Part shown: positions 1 to 11,725 of the stretch, piece after piece | How positions within the stretch are numbered: the first letter of the stretch is position 1 | How the letters are laid out: the number at the start of each line of letters is the position of its first letter | Assembly (NCBI RefSeq): GCF_009834535.1 | Contig: NC_045698.1 | Location: forward strand, 6,636,001 to 6,700,000 | From: Camelus ferus | Taxonomy: Eukaryota | DNA length: 64,000 bases | Reading direction: 5' to 3' | Made by a program: the position numbers and the translations under genes | Notes under the pieces: generated by a model | Database searches by the model: none | Seen by the model: the letters and a program-made list of their open reading frames with translations, nothing else | What the model was told of the DNA's origin: nothing

Positions 1-68
1 GCTTATTTGGGATGGCTAGTAAGGGCTTCCAGTGAATGGAGAAAACTAACATTTCTCCATTCCCCTCA

Positions 69-127
69 AAAGCCACCACCATTCATTAAAGCCACCACCA
101 TTCATTAAAGCCACCACCATTCATTAA
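69..127. repeat. Perfect tandem repeat, 3 x 19 bp (AAAGCCACCACCATTCATT)
   Basis: Identical units at 69-87, 88-106 and 107-125, followed by a partial unit; no spacers. Confidence 0.95.
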
Positions 128-905
128 GCAACTGTGGAGAACCATCCATGAATAAGGCCCTTGCAAGGAAGGTGATCTCATTTTACACTTGAGAAAAATG
201 AGGCTCACAGAAATTCTCTGACTTGATCATAATGTGATGAAGCCAAGATGGCAGTCCCCAGCTGTCTGCTCCCTCCCACACAGGTAAGAATGGGAATCCT
301 AACCATACTGGGGACCCTGAGCAGGGTGGGTAAGAGGCCCTGTTGATCAGAGTTATCAGCCCTCCTCTTCTTCAATCCTAGGTCCAAAGCAAACTTCGTC
401 TTGCAATGAGCCCCATCAGGCTGGTACTAAAGGAGCACTCTGTAAGAGCCGTGGGTGTTTGGAGTACTTACACCCTAAGGCACAAATGGTTTTGAAGGCA
501 AGCTTGGAGGCAGGCAACTGTGGATGTTAGTCCTGCCTCTCAAACTTATGACATATGTGACTTTGGACCTGCCACTCACCCCGCATTTACAGAATGAAGA
601 TAATTAAATGTTAAGGAGACAGTGCATGCAGAGGGGTTGTCCCAATGTCTGAAACATGCTAAATACTCCAGAAATGGCCCCTAAGAAGAGGGACATGTTG
701 GGAGAATTTCTGTTATTGCAGCGAGGTAGTGAAGACATGGCACAGGTATCTGACTCACAAAGAGAATGTACTCTGGTTTCCACACACTGCAAACTCCATC
801 CTCAGGATGTCACCATGTTTCCCTGGGCTGCATTACTCAGGCAGGCACAATTAGAAAAGTTCCAGGAATGGCAAGTTCCCGCTCCCTGAAGTGTTTGCTT
901 CAAAA

Positions 906-1622
906 TGTTAGAGCAGGCAGGTAGCTAGACATGAGCAGAGAAAGGCGGACATAGTCCCAATGGCAGAAAACCATACACTTTGCGAACAACGGTGATCCTT
1001 AGACAGATCAGGAAAAACAGGATCCTCCAGACTGATAAAAAAAAAAAACATACCCTCTGGGTTGATAAGTGTCCTGGAGGCAGAAGGGCAGGGCAGGGGT
1101 GGGACAGGAATCCCCACCACTCAAATGTAACCTTTTGATCATCATGGCCTCCGTCCAAATGTAACCTTCTGCTGATGATACCTCCCCATCCGAATGTAAG
1201 CTTTTGTTCATTGTGACCTCATCCAAACTCCTGAGCAAGACTAAATAAGGACAGGAATTTGACACAACATTGTAAAATGACTCTAACTCAATAAAAAAAA
1301 TGTTAAAAAAAAAATAAAAAGAAAGATTAAATAAGGACCAAAAAAGTCCCTCCTCCCCACCTGGGAAGGTGGAGCTGGGATGAAGATCAGGAAAGACGAC
1401 CCCAAACCCCTCCCTGCCAATGAATATTCTGCCCATTCACTTTTACACCCACATAACAAGCTTGCCAAGGAAACTCAGGGCAGCTACCCACCTGGGTCTG
1501 CCCGCTCTTTCCTTGAGAATGTACTATCTACCTGTTAATAAATCCTTGCTTTGCTCTCTTGATCTCCATGTCTTGTTTCTGAATTCTTTCTGCGACAAGA
1601 CAAGAACCTCTCACCCCCAACA
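906..1622 (+). mobile_element. Solo LTR, ERV1-class endogenous retrovirus
   Basis: Termini TGTT...AACA; 4-bp TSD AAAA (902-905 and 1623-1626); AATAAA at 1537-1542 followed by a GT/T-rich U5-like tail; repeated (c)aaatgtaacctt motifs in U3. Confidence 0.85.
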
Positions 1623-1639
1623 AAAAGAATTCTGCAGCA

Positions 1640-1870
1640 ATCTTGTGCAATGGCTAAGAGCTATGGTTCTGGGGAAACAGAAAAAACTAGATTCCACAAC
1701 CAACTCTGCCCAAGACCACCCTGCAGCCTTGAGCACTTACTCGTTCTCTATCAGCCTGTGTGCAAAACAAGGATCATCACGGTTCCTGCCCGCTGCAAGG
1801 AGTGAAGAACACAACACTACACGTGCAAAGGTGAGGGTGAAAATGCCTGATGCATAAAAAACAAATAAAC
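1640..1870 (+). mobile_element. MIR SINE (ancient)
   Basis: Degenerate match to MIR head (tggctaagagc), core (ccttgagcacttac...ctcta) and tail (gcctgatgcataaaaaacaaataaa). Confidence 0.6.
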
Positions 1871-1999
1871 TAATTGCAGATATCACGGTAATCGTGAAAG
1901 CTATCTACCTGTCTTCCTGGCGTGCTCCTCCAATCACTTGGTAGAATCCCACCTCCGCACATCTTTGAAGTAGGCAACAGCCAGGTAATCTCTCTAGCT

Positions 2000-2290
2000 G
2001 ATGTTGTAAGTGGAAGGGACCTGAGTCCCTCAGGGTAGAAGCCTTTAGGAGACAGTGATCCATATCACCATGTTCTCTCCCTCCTCATCACAATGACCAG
2101 CAACACTCAGGGTGACAGCGGCCCCAGAGGTCCTCCTGTCCCCACACCAGAGTGAGGACCAGGGGCAGCAGAGCCTCTGCCACGCCCAGATGCACACAAA
2201 GCCTGAATGAGAAACAGACATCTGTTCTTTAAAGGATAGAGATTTAATGGTCCTCTGTTACAGTAACCTGACCCATCAAAATGATGCTGA
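2000..2290 (+). mobile_element. MaLR LTR fragment (old MLT1, J/K/L-like)
   Basis: 3' part resembles MLT1 end: gaatgagaaacagacatctgttctttaaag...gagattt...tgttacagtaacctgaccc...ctgac. Confidence 0.45.
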
Positions 2291-4128
2291 CCTTATTAGA
2301 AGTAATTTGTCAGACTAGGTCAAAAGAGTTGGAAAAAGGACCCCAGCTTTCAGTCAGAACATCAGTAATAACTGTGGTGAGGACATTCTCAGTTAGAGCA
2401 GGTGGCTGAGGAGAGAGGCTTTTGCAGGGCAATGGAAAGTACAAGGTGAGAACTTTGTTCAGGACCTGATGGAAACAGATTCTGCTCCCCTGGAGGTCAG
2501 GAACCAGGGGAACCCAGTTTTCTCACATCCACAGATCACACCCTTAAGTCTACATGGAGGAGGATGTAAGTGCCTTGAGGATGAATGAGCAACAGGTCTA
2601 AAACCAACTGGGCTGACTTCTCGGTTCCTGTAGGGCCTCTGGAACCACTGCCCAGCTGGGCACCTGCAGAGAGGGATCTAGGCTGGGGAAGATGCCCAGA
2701 AACACAACAGATTTACTGGGGCCAGGCGTGCACACCCCACCTCCCGGAGGTTTCTGTACCACTGACGGGGTCAGTTAGGGAGAGAATGGTGTGGTCTCTT
2801 CCCACCAATCCATAACCACCAGGGAGACAGGAAATGCTTCAGTGCCAGATTTAGAACTAGCCATGACTTCAGAAAATTCAAAAAGATTGTTGTCAAAGCA
2901 ACAGTTCTTGGGTTTGATTAGAATAAGCAAGAGAGATTTGTTAAAACATCCCAAACAGGCAGCATAACTCAGTTTTCTAAGTCATGGGCAAGATGTTGAA
3001 TATCGGTTGCTAGTAACAATTTCATCAACCAGTAAGTCTGTAAGTATTTGCTTTAACAAGATTCATTAACTACTTCTCCAAAGGATACAGTTAACAAGCA
3101 AACTCATTCACTCAGAACTAAATGTTCTGTGGTACATTTTTACTTCCAGTTTTGCTTAAAGGGAGAACACAGAAAAGCAGAAAAAGTAACAACTTGCTAC
3201 TCTTCTTGAAATGATGGGATATTCTTTACAGTATAAGATCTAAATGCAAACTATTAAGAACAGGGGAGCTACAATTTTTATTTTTAAAAAGCTATAAACT
3301 CTTGCTTTAGTCTCTCAAAAATACATGCAGCCAGTCGTGTTTTCTAAAGGCATCTGTCCTCGGGGAAATTTTTCTTCTGCTTTTCCTCCAAAAGCTTGGC
3401 AGCGTTTGGTTTTGTTTTTGCTTTGGTTTTTCTTCTATCTGCCTCTTGACACATTTGAGCACAGAAAAGACATCAGATAGGGCTTGGGAAGAGTCTCTGG
3501 TTTTGATTTTTGTTCTTTTATTGCACCTCCTAATAGCATTACGTGACTTCGGAAATCTATTCTGTGCTGTGTGAAGAGGGTATGAAATGGAAAGTTCCTG
3601 CCCTGGGCTCACAGAGCAGAGTAAGCCCTGTTGAGGCTGGACTGTATTATTTCCTGTATTGTTCTATGGGCACAGAAATAATCCTCAGCTCGGTCAGGGG
3701 CAGAAGCCAAAAGAATTGTCTAAAACAGCAGATCCCGAGGGGGACAAGAGGGCTGGGAGGCGATGAGGAGAAGCAGCCCCAAAAAACTGCATAATGATAA
3801 TGTTTGTTCTCTTCTAGATGTGTTCTTAAGGTTTTCACAGGCCTTTTTTCCTTCATTAGGGAATCTGCGTATATTCATTGTAGAACGTTTATAAAAACAT
3901 TTTTTAAAAATCCTTCATAATCTGACCACCAAGAGGTAATCACTATTACCATTTTGCTGCCTTTCTTTTTGGCCTTTTTTTTCCCCTTAGAAATATATGA
4001 TATTATATACATCGTGTATATACATAATGCATGAATTTATACAGAATTTATAGTTATTAAAAAGATGTGCACAAAATATATTTCCATGCATATAAAGCAA
4101 AACCTTTTAAATGCGGGATTGTTTTTCT

Positions 4129-4256
4129 GTTTTTTTTTTTTTTATATGGAAGTATAGTCAGTTTACAATGTTGTGTAGTTTCTGGTGTACAGCACAATGC
4201 TTCGGTCATACATGAATATACATATATTCCTTTTCATATTCTTTTTCATTATAGGT
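4129..4256 (-). mobile_element. L1 3' tail, 5'-truncated
   Basis: Poly-T followed by gaagtatagtcagtttacaatgttgtg...ggtgtacagcac, the reverse complement of the L1 3' end seen repeatedly in this window. Confidence 0.8.
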
Positions 4257-6109
4257 GACTCAAAAAGCAGTATTTTTAACAACTGCATAATAAGTCATGT
4301 CATTTATATAACCTTATTGTTTAACTGTTTCCTTACTGCTGGCTATTTCTTTGCTCTATATTTTAAGTTGGGTTTTTTTTTCTGTTTTCTTTTTTTCCTG
4401 TCTATTTCCACAGTTAACAAGAGTGATAAAAATCAGCAAGGAAGGAACTACTGGATCACCTAGTCACGTAAATGATTTAAAATAACAATGAAAAAAGTAC
4501 TTAAACTATTTGTAAGCAGCTGTTTTATGGTGAATTGTAACAGCTTTAAGTAACACAACCTATTGGCTGAATATGGAAACCAGTAGTGAAAATGACGAGT
4601 ATAACTGACCAAGAAGCCCAGTAAAGACCAGCACAATAGCCGGGTGCTCTGAGCCTGGGTTCTGACTCTCCAGGGACAGACGCTAAAGGGTCGGGCAGCC
4701 AAGACCAAGTTCACCAGCCCAAGAAAAACAGCAAGCAGGACCTAAGGATCTGACCCGAAATTCTGGCCAAATCTAGGGTACAGTGTATGACCTGGAGAGA
4801 GAAGCAAAGAAAGGGAGAAAGGAGAGGAAGAGGGAAGATCGGGGGGAGAAGAAGGCGGGGAGAAGGAGCCCAGGGAACGGATGCAGGGAACAGAGAACAA
4901 AGGATGCTGGCACGGGGAGGGTCGGCACGAGGACCTTGGAAAAAGCCCAGCCTCCCCAGCTGGCACGGAACAAACACATGAGCGTCAGCACACTGGTCCT
5001 GGGGAATCCACAGCCAAGGACTAGGGACCCATATGATCTCCTGGGCTCGGGGCAGAGGGTCAGATCAGCAGGGCAGGAGCCCAGAGGCTGGAAGCTGGAA
5101 TAGGAGAGCTGGGAATCAGTGATCACAAGACATAGTCATCAAAGAGACACTATCAGTGACATCAAGGAGTCCAAAGATGCTGGTGAGACGTGTGGTCACG
5201 ACACCCATTCCACACCACATGTGACTGCTTGTTACAGAGCGCTCAAGTCACACGCCAGAGACATCTGCCCTCAAAAAATAAATACATGTATGTACATTTA
5301 TTCATCTGTTCTTGCCAAAAAGTTGAAATACTAGAAAAATCATGGACAATGTGATAAAGGAGGTGCTAATGAAAGCTGTGGATGTTGAGAGAAAGAGCTC
5401 CTCTCCCAGGTGAACAGTTCAGGCCCTTAGGGCTGAGTCTGATCTGACAATCAGATTGGTCTGCGAGCAGAAATGACTTTCCACTGAGTCAGAGCGTCTC
5501 AAGAAAGGCCGCTCTCACACCCCCGGCTGAGGCCAAGTTTGAACGTGGCGTGTGGAGCAGGGCTGAGCCTGAGGGCAGGGTTAAAACAAAACATCTGCCA
5601 GCTAGAAAGATTCTGGGGGAGCAGCCAGACACATGGCAACACCAGCTGTGAGAGATGCGAATCAAAGGCAAGGACAGACCTTCCCACCAGGAAACAGGAG
5701 TCTGGCTTGAAAAAGACCGAGGAACAAAAAAGCACACCTGAGAAGCACCTTAACTTGCTTTTGAAGGACATTTTGATATCTCATCTGGAAGAGTCTATAC
5801 ATGTTTTAAAGATTTATCCATTCCCCGAGTCATTAGGAGAGGAATGCCCACCCACATGCACGGTGCTGTGGGTACAAATGGTCAGTCCGCTCCGCACAGA
5901 GGCAGTGCAGCCTTCAGGCCACTTGCCTCCTGCCATCCAGCCCCTACCCACCTGTCCTACTCCACGCTGGCCACACCAGTCCACCTGGGCCAACTCTCCT
6001 GGGCCATTGGATTCCTTTTTTTTTTTTTAATTGAATGAAAGATTCTTTAAATTCTATAGTGCTTTACAATTTGCAAAAGTTTCACACCTATGATTTCATA
6101 TAATCCCAT

Positions 6110-6565
6110 AATAACCCTTTCTTCCCCCAACTCCTGTATTGCCCCTCCTCCCGTCCCTCTCCCCGGTGGTAACCACTACTTTGTTCTCTGTATCCGGGAG
6201 TCTGCTCCTTTTTTGTTTTATTCATTAGTTTGTTGTATTTTTTATATTCCACATATAAGTGGTATCACACAGTATCTGTCTTTTCTGTCTGACTTATTTC
6301 ACTTAGAATAATGCCCTCCAAGTCCATCCATGTTGCTGCAAATGGCAAAACTCCGTTCTTTTTCATGGCTGAGTAGTGTTCCTGTGTGTGTGTGTGTGTA
6401 TATCACATCTTCTTTATCCACTCATCCGTTGGTCGGCACCTAGGTTGCTTCCATGTGTTGGCAACTGTAACTACTGCTGCTACGAACACTGGGGCCCATG
6501 CATGTTTTCGCATTAGTGCTTTTGTTGATTTCAGCTATGTGCCCAAGAGTGGAATTGCCAGATCC
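6110..6565 (-). mobile_element. L1 ORF2 end / 3'UTR fragment
   Basis: Typical antisense L1 text: ggtaaccactactttgttctctgtatc, gacttatttcacttagaataatgccctccaagtccatccatgttg, cccaagagtggaattgc. Confidence 0.85.
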
Positions 6566-6599
6566 TACAAGATCATTTCCTGTCTCCACATCTCACAGA

Positions 6600-6850
6600 C
6601 AGAAAGCTCCCCACTGCTTGTAAGGCTGATTCCTTCTCATTCTTCACGTCTACTCTGAAATGTCCTCTCCTCAGAGAGGCTCCTGTGGACGGCCCTGCCA
6701 AAGTCCAGCATGCTCACTCCCATTATCTCCCATTATGTTATAAGCAACTCTTGGTTTCTTTGTTTGTTTTCCATTTCCTCAACTAGACTTTAAAAAGGAA
6801 GAGCTACCTGCTTCCTGCTCATAGACCCACGCCCAGTGTCCATCCCACGG
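6600..6850 (+). mobile_element. L2 fragment
   Basis: L2-like tccttctcattcttcacgtctactctgaaatgtcctctcctcagagaggc. Confidence 0.45.
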
Positions 6851-7209
6851 TCAGCTCACCGTCAGTGTGTTCTCCAAAGAGACACACACTGAATCGGTTT
6901 TGATGAAAAATGCAGCTTTTAGAATAACATGTATTTCCTGATTCAAAAAACTATTTCAGAAATATGCAAATAATAATTTACTTGCACAGAACATAATGAC
7001 TTTATTTCTATTTTAACCTCATTGTCCTCAGCAACAAAGTAACTACGGACCCCCAAAATAGAAAATGGGGTTAATTTGGCCAATGACTATTTTTTTAAGT
7101 TTGACTGGAAGCTACTCTAGAGCAGGAAAAAATTCACATTTGTGCTCTCAGTGTTGAGCAGAGCACCTGACAGTTAATAAGTGCTCAATAAATATGTTTT
7201 GCGCCAAAA

Positions 7210-7830
7210 ATTTTTGCATTTTAAACTAATACAGGTCGTCATCTTTAAAAATATAGAATTATATAAAGTGAAAAAAGTCTTGCCTTCCACCCTCCAGCCC
7301 ATTTTACGAAGGCAGTCAATGAGAGCAGGCTGGCACATAGTCTTTCGTTCTCTATGTATTTATGACCCAGAATGCATACACGAAACGACTTACACATGCT
7401 GTTTAATAGCTTACTTCATTCACTCAATACATCACAGACATACTTCCATGTTTGTGAAAATAGATGTGCCCCATTCTTGTTAAAGGTCACGTATTACTCC
7501 ATACTTTATCAACCATTTATAAATGTCCCTTCCTGTGGACATTTAGGTTTTTCTACCATAAAAAATGAGAAATTCATGAGTATCTTCTACCACTGCACAA
7601 TTAGGTAGGCATGAACCCAGGATACGTTCCTGGACATGTTACTGTCTGGTCAGTTAATGTTGACAGATACTCCCTAAACTGCCCAGTGGCTGTTATATAT
7701 TCACATCAGCCCTTGCACATATTGGGGATTTCCTTTTTTTTATTATTTTTTTTTATTTTTGCCAAGCTGAGAGGTGAGAGTTAACAGTTTAAATGTTCTT
7801 AATTATGAGTGAGGCTGAGCAGTTTTCATA
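7210..7830 (-). mobile_element. Old L1 (L1ME-like) 3' fragments
   Basis: Degenerate antisense L1ME motifs (tggacatttaggttttt, gttgacagatactccctaaactgccc, attatgagtgaggctgagca). Confidence 0.45.
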
Positions 7831-8733
7831 CTATTAGCTGCCTTTTACACTCCCTTTCTAACTAATAAAGATGAACAAGATGCTACGTGCTTGAGAGGGA
7901 TGTTGGAGGACGAACAGCCCTGTGGGCAGGTGTCCGGACGAGCCAGGACTGCAGTCCCAGCACACCCCGAGACCCCTGTGCTCTGCCTTGCCCGCTGAAC
8001 TGGCCTCACTCATCCAAAGCCTTGCCCAAGCTCCTGGACAATATGCCCGTTTAATTTTTAATTGCACGTGTCCCATTTCAGCTGATAGAGTCTCCATTAT
8101 TCTTTACCATAACTTTGAATTAGGCCAAATTAAAACTCCTGCTGTCATTTGACAATAACAGAATTTCTCTTCCCAAGGAGGGAAAGGAGGACGTGTGGAC
8201 TCGGCTGCTGGGTCAGCTGCGATCTGGACACATGGCTCACCATTTCAGAGCCTCCGTTTCATCTGTGACAACGTCAACTATGTAGGAGTGCTGCATACAG
8301 TGCTCTGAGCCTTCATGTGAATAAAGTGCAAAAATGACAGTGGTTATAATTGGCCGTAGGAGACAGGGCTTTCATATGAAGCTGTAAAAGCCCTTGGGAG
8401 GCATTATCCCTCACTGCACACAGGAATCCAGAACAGGAGGCACAACAGGAGTCCCCACCATGAATCATGACTACAGTCTCTCTGTTTCGAGGCTGGGAGT
8501 GGTGCTGGGGATGACAGGTCCCCCACTAGCGCCACCTCCGCCAACAGAGCTGCCAGCAGAACGCTCTAGGCAATGATGTTCACACCCATTCGTACCACAA
8601 CCCCACTGCCACGGGGTGCCTGAGTGTAACTGGTGCTCACGAAATACCTCGTAAATACAGAATGAAAGAAATGTCCGCCCAGGAAGCTCTGTGAGAAATG
8701 CTCATTTTTGCCTCCTTTACAATCTGTTTACTC

Positions 8734-8943
8734 CAAGCTTTCTCAACCACAGCTCTACAGGCACTTGGAGCTGGATAATTCCCTGCTGTGAGGGGCTGCC
8801 CTGTGCAACTGGCAGCGTCCCTGGCCTCCACCTAGACACCTCGAGTGCACACACACCAAGTTGTGACAACTAAAGCTGTCTCTGGACATGGCCAAATGGC
8901 CCTGAGGAGGGGGGAGGATACCACTCCCTGTTAAGAACCACCA
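8734..8943 (-). mobile_element. MER20 hAT-Charlie DNA transposon
   Basis: tttctcaacc...ggataattccctgctgtgaggggctgccctgtgca...gttgtgacaac...tctggacatggccaaatg...gttaagaaccac matches the reverse complement of MER20, including both terminal repeats. Confidence 0.85.
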
Positions 8944-10929
8944 ATTTAAACTATAATAAAACAACTAAATATGTTTTTGTTTATTAAAAAAATGCAATGT
9001 GAAAACTTGCTTAATTTTTACTATGTTCCTGAATCCAGGACTGTTTTGAGAGCTGGGCCAGTAATATAAGCTGTAAGTTAGCAAAATAAGTCCTTGGGGC
9101 GATTTACAGTTGATTGGAGACTATTAACCGCCTCGGGCAAATCAGTCATTAGCTGCTGCTGATCTGAAGGGGACAAAGCATTAATAATTCAATAAAGCAA
9201 AGGCTGCAGGCAATAAAACCTTGGGGTTATTTATTTAGCCAATTAGATTCGTTTTGGGTGGCAACCTTGCTCTTGTGAGTATGAATAAGCCATGTGTATT
9301 CTTCAATTAATAAGGAACATTGTACGCCGCAAATCTGCTCTTACTGCCTTTCAAGCTGGAAGATGGGAGGTACGAGTGGTCCTCCAGCCCGCAGAGGAGG
9401 GAAAAGCCGGCTCGTAACTTAACCACCTCACAGGGAACAGAGAGGCGCGGGAGAGGGGAGTAAATCAGGAGCCAGGGCTGCAGTCTTTGCTGCTCGACTC
9501 CCCTCTGACTCTCCATCCTCAATCAGGGAGGGACAGGGAGGAATCCACCAGGTAAAATTTAGATGTGCCGACAGGAAGACGGGCACAGTTTATCACTGCG
9601 AGTGATGAACAGTCCCATCTTAACCCTAAGAGGCTGGAAAACGTGGTATTAATACACGTTTGTGTCATACGCGTGGGGCCGTTCTGTTTATACCTTGCTC
9701 TCAATTTGGGAACCAGGGGGTCCCTGAAGTGGACTGTTCTGGGGGGAGGGGGAGGTACTTCCGCCCAGGTCCCAGTGTATCCTGCAAATCGGGAGTCATC
9801 TCTGAGCCTTCACACTGTGACAGCCAAGCTGGGGGGAAAGAGTATTGCCACTAAAAAGACTGTCTAAACCTACAGAGTTCTCTGTTCACTGGGACAAACC
9901 ATGGGAAATTCTGGTGACTTCTGCCTGAACTGTTACGATTTAGAAATGTCTTCTTTTGCTTTCTTTTTTAGTTGCTTGTTTCCATTTCTGATCTATATTT
10001 CGCTTCCTTTCCCTTTCCCCGTCTCCTTTGCCTTTTTTTTTTTTTTTTTTTTTTTTTTGGTCTCACTCATTTGTTCAGAGGCCAGACTGAATAGTAAGGA
10101 GAGGTGGCTGTCAGCTCGGAGGCACAGGGAAGGCCAGATGCTCAGAGAGACCAGTTGCTCCCTGAAAGGCCACTGAGAAGATTCCAGTGTGGAGATGCTC
10201 TTGGCACAGACTCGTCCTTTTCTCCAAAGAGCGTGGCCCTCCAAACCCCACAAAGAGTGATTTCTCACGTACAGACACATTTATATCTATAACAGCCCCG
10301 ATGAAGGCACAACACGGAAATCACATCTCCAAACCGTTTCTGTTTCCCTGAAATCGAACCGATGGTTCAGTGAACAAAACGTAAAGAATCTCTGTCCTCA
10401 TGAAACTTCATTGACCCCAAAGATTATCTTGGTCAAACCAAACGTACTTCCCTTTGGTCCTTCAGTGCACGTTGAGCTGTGCTGCCCAAGGTCGGGGGTG
10501 GACACAGGAAGGCACTGCTGCGACCTGAGGGCTCAGAAGGGCTGGCATCGCCTCCATTTAGGTGATGGGTTTGTCTGACTTCAGCAGATCCAGAAGATCT
10601 TCATCATGCTTTTAAACGTGGAAACGTGGTACAGAGAAATATCCTATTAATTCAACATAATCCCAGGGCCTGACACCAAGGGAACTGGAAGCCCCCTCGT
10701 ACAGAGCAGCAGCTTACAGGAATGGAACTCAGGGCAAATAAATTCTGATTGAGGAAGACAGAAAAATCAAGATATCCACTGCCTACAGTGGACATCCTTA
10801 GAGGTCAGCATTCTGGGTGGGAGGGAGGAGGGAGGGGAAACAGACCCTTGCGGGTGCCCAATAATGTGTGATGTGGATGTGGGTCACTGGAAGGGAACAA
10901 GGGGCCCCCTGTGGCAGGCGGCTCAAAGC

Positions 10930-11065
10930 TGAGCAACAAGATTTCTGGGGAGCCCTGATTCTCAGTGTTTGCCCATTTCCACGGTGTATATGCTCCCACC
11001 AGGGCCCACTGCGAGCTACCAGCAGGGGGTCACTGGACACAGGGATGGGAAGAGATGCAGGCAGT
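10930..11065 (+). mobile_element. MER63-like hAT fragment
   Basis: agccctgatt...gtttgcccatttccacggtgtatatgctcccacca...gctaccagc...tcactg...gggaagagatgc resembles the recalled MER63A consensus. Confidence 0.65.
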
Positions 11066-11484
11066 CAGCCCTCAGGAGGTGAGAAGACCCATCCAGCCCA
11101 GACCACCTCTGCAAGGGAAGACAGGACTGAAGGGGGCCTGAGACCCTGAGACCCATTTCCCTCGTGCGGGGATGTGCTCTGGAAGGGGCTTCAATCTTGA
11201 CAGACGGGGCTGGTGGATCATGTCCTCCAGGATGCTCAGTGGACCTTCTTTCCCTGCTCTCTCCCCATTTGCCTTTATAAACGACTGAGGAATTTAAAAA
11301 TTCAGGAAGAGCACATATTAACTTAAATCCAAACCTCAAAGGATGGTTCGTTTTCTTCCTGTTGTGACCTTACTGTATTAAATATTGCATGAAATTGTCA
11401 AGCCACTCACTTGGATTTAGATGCACTTGAGTTATGTACAGACGTCCAGTTAGTGGCAGGCATTCCCTGACCAAAGATCTTCAC

Positions 11485-11725
11485 CTTCTCATTCTGAGAC
11501 TTCCTGGTCTCTCTTCACCTCTCCCTCTGTCGCCCCTTTCTCTCTCACTTCCTTACTCTCCCACTACCTTCTCTCTTTGGGGCCCCCTCCTCTTCTCCAT
11601 CCCTCTTTCCCAGTCTCTCCCCACATCTTTCTCAGTCTCTTCCTCTCTCATCCTTCTCCTCTGCCCTCCTTCACTTCCCCCTTCCCATTTTACCTCCCCC
11701 ACCTCTCTCTCTCCTCTCAGTTTCT
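11485..11725. repeat. CT-rich low-complexity polypyrimidine tract
   Basis: About 240 bp composed mostly of C and T on the + strand. Confidence 0.85.

Noticed and set aside
69..127. CRISPR-like array
   Set aside because: Units are contiguous with no spacers, there are no cas genes, and the context is mammalian.
5539..6030. Longer ORFs such as 5539..6030, 31277..31771, 17650..18093 and 21446..21880
   Set aside because: No domain resemblance, several use non-ATG starts or overlap MIR/L2 relics, and the lengths are as expected by chance in 64 kb.
8520..8545. CTCF site (AGGTGGCGCTA on the minus strand)
   Set aside because: Only the 3' half matches; the CCASY half of the core is absent.
10448..10608. 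Minus-strand coding exon (HDEDLLDLLKS...)
   Set aside because: Weak AAAAG acceptor and stop codons in all three frames; no recognisable protein.
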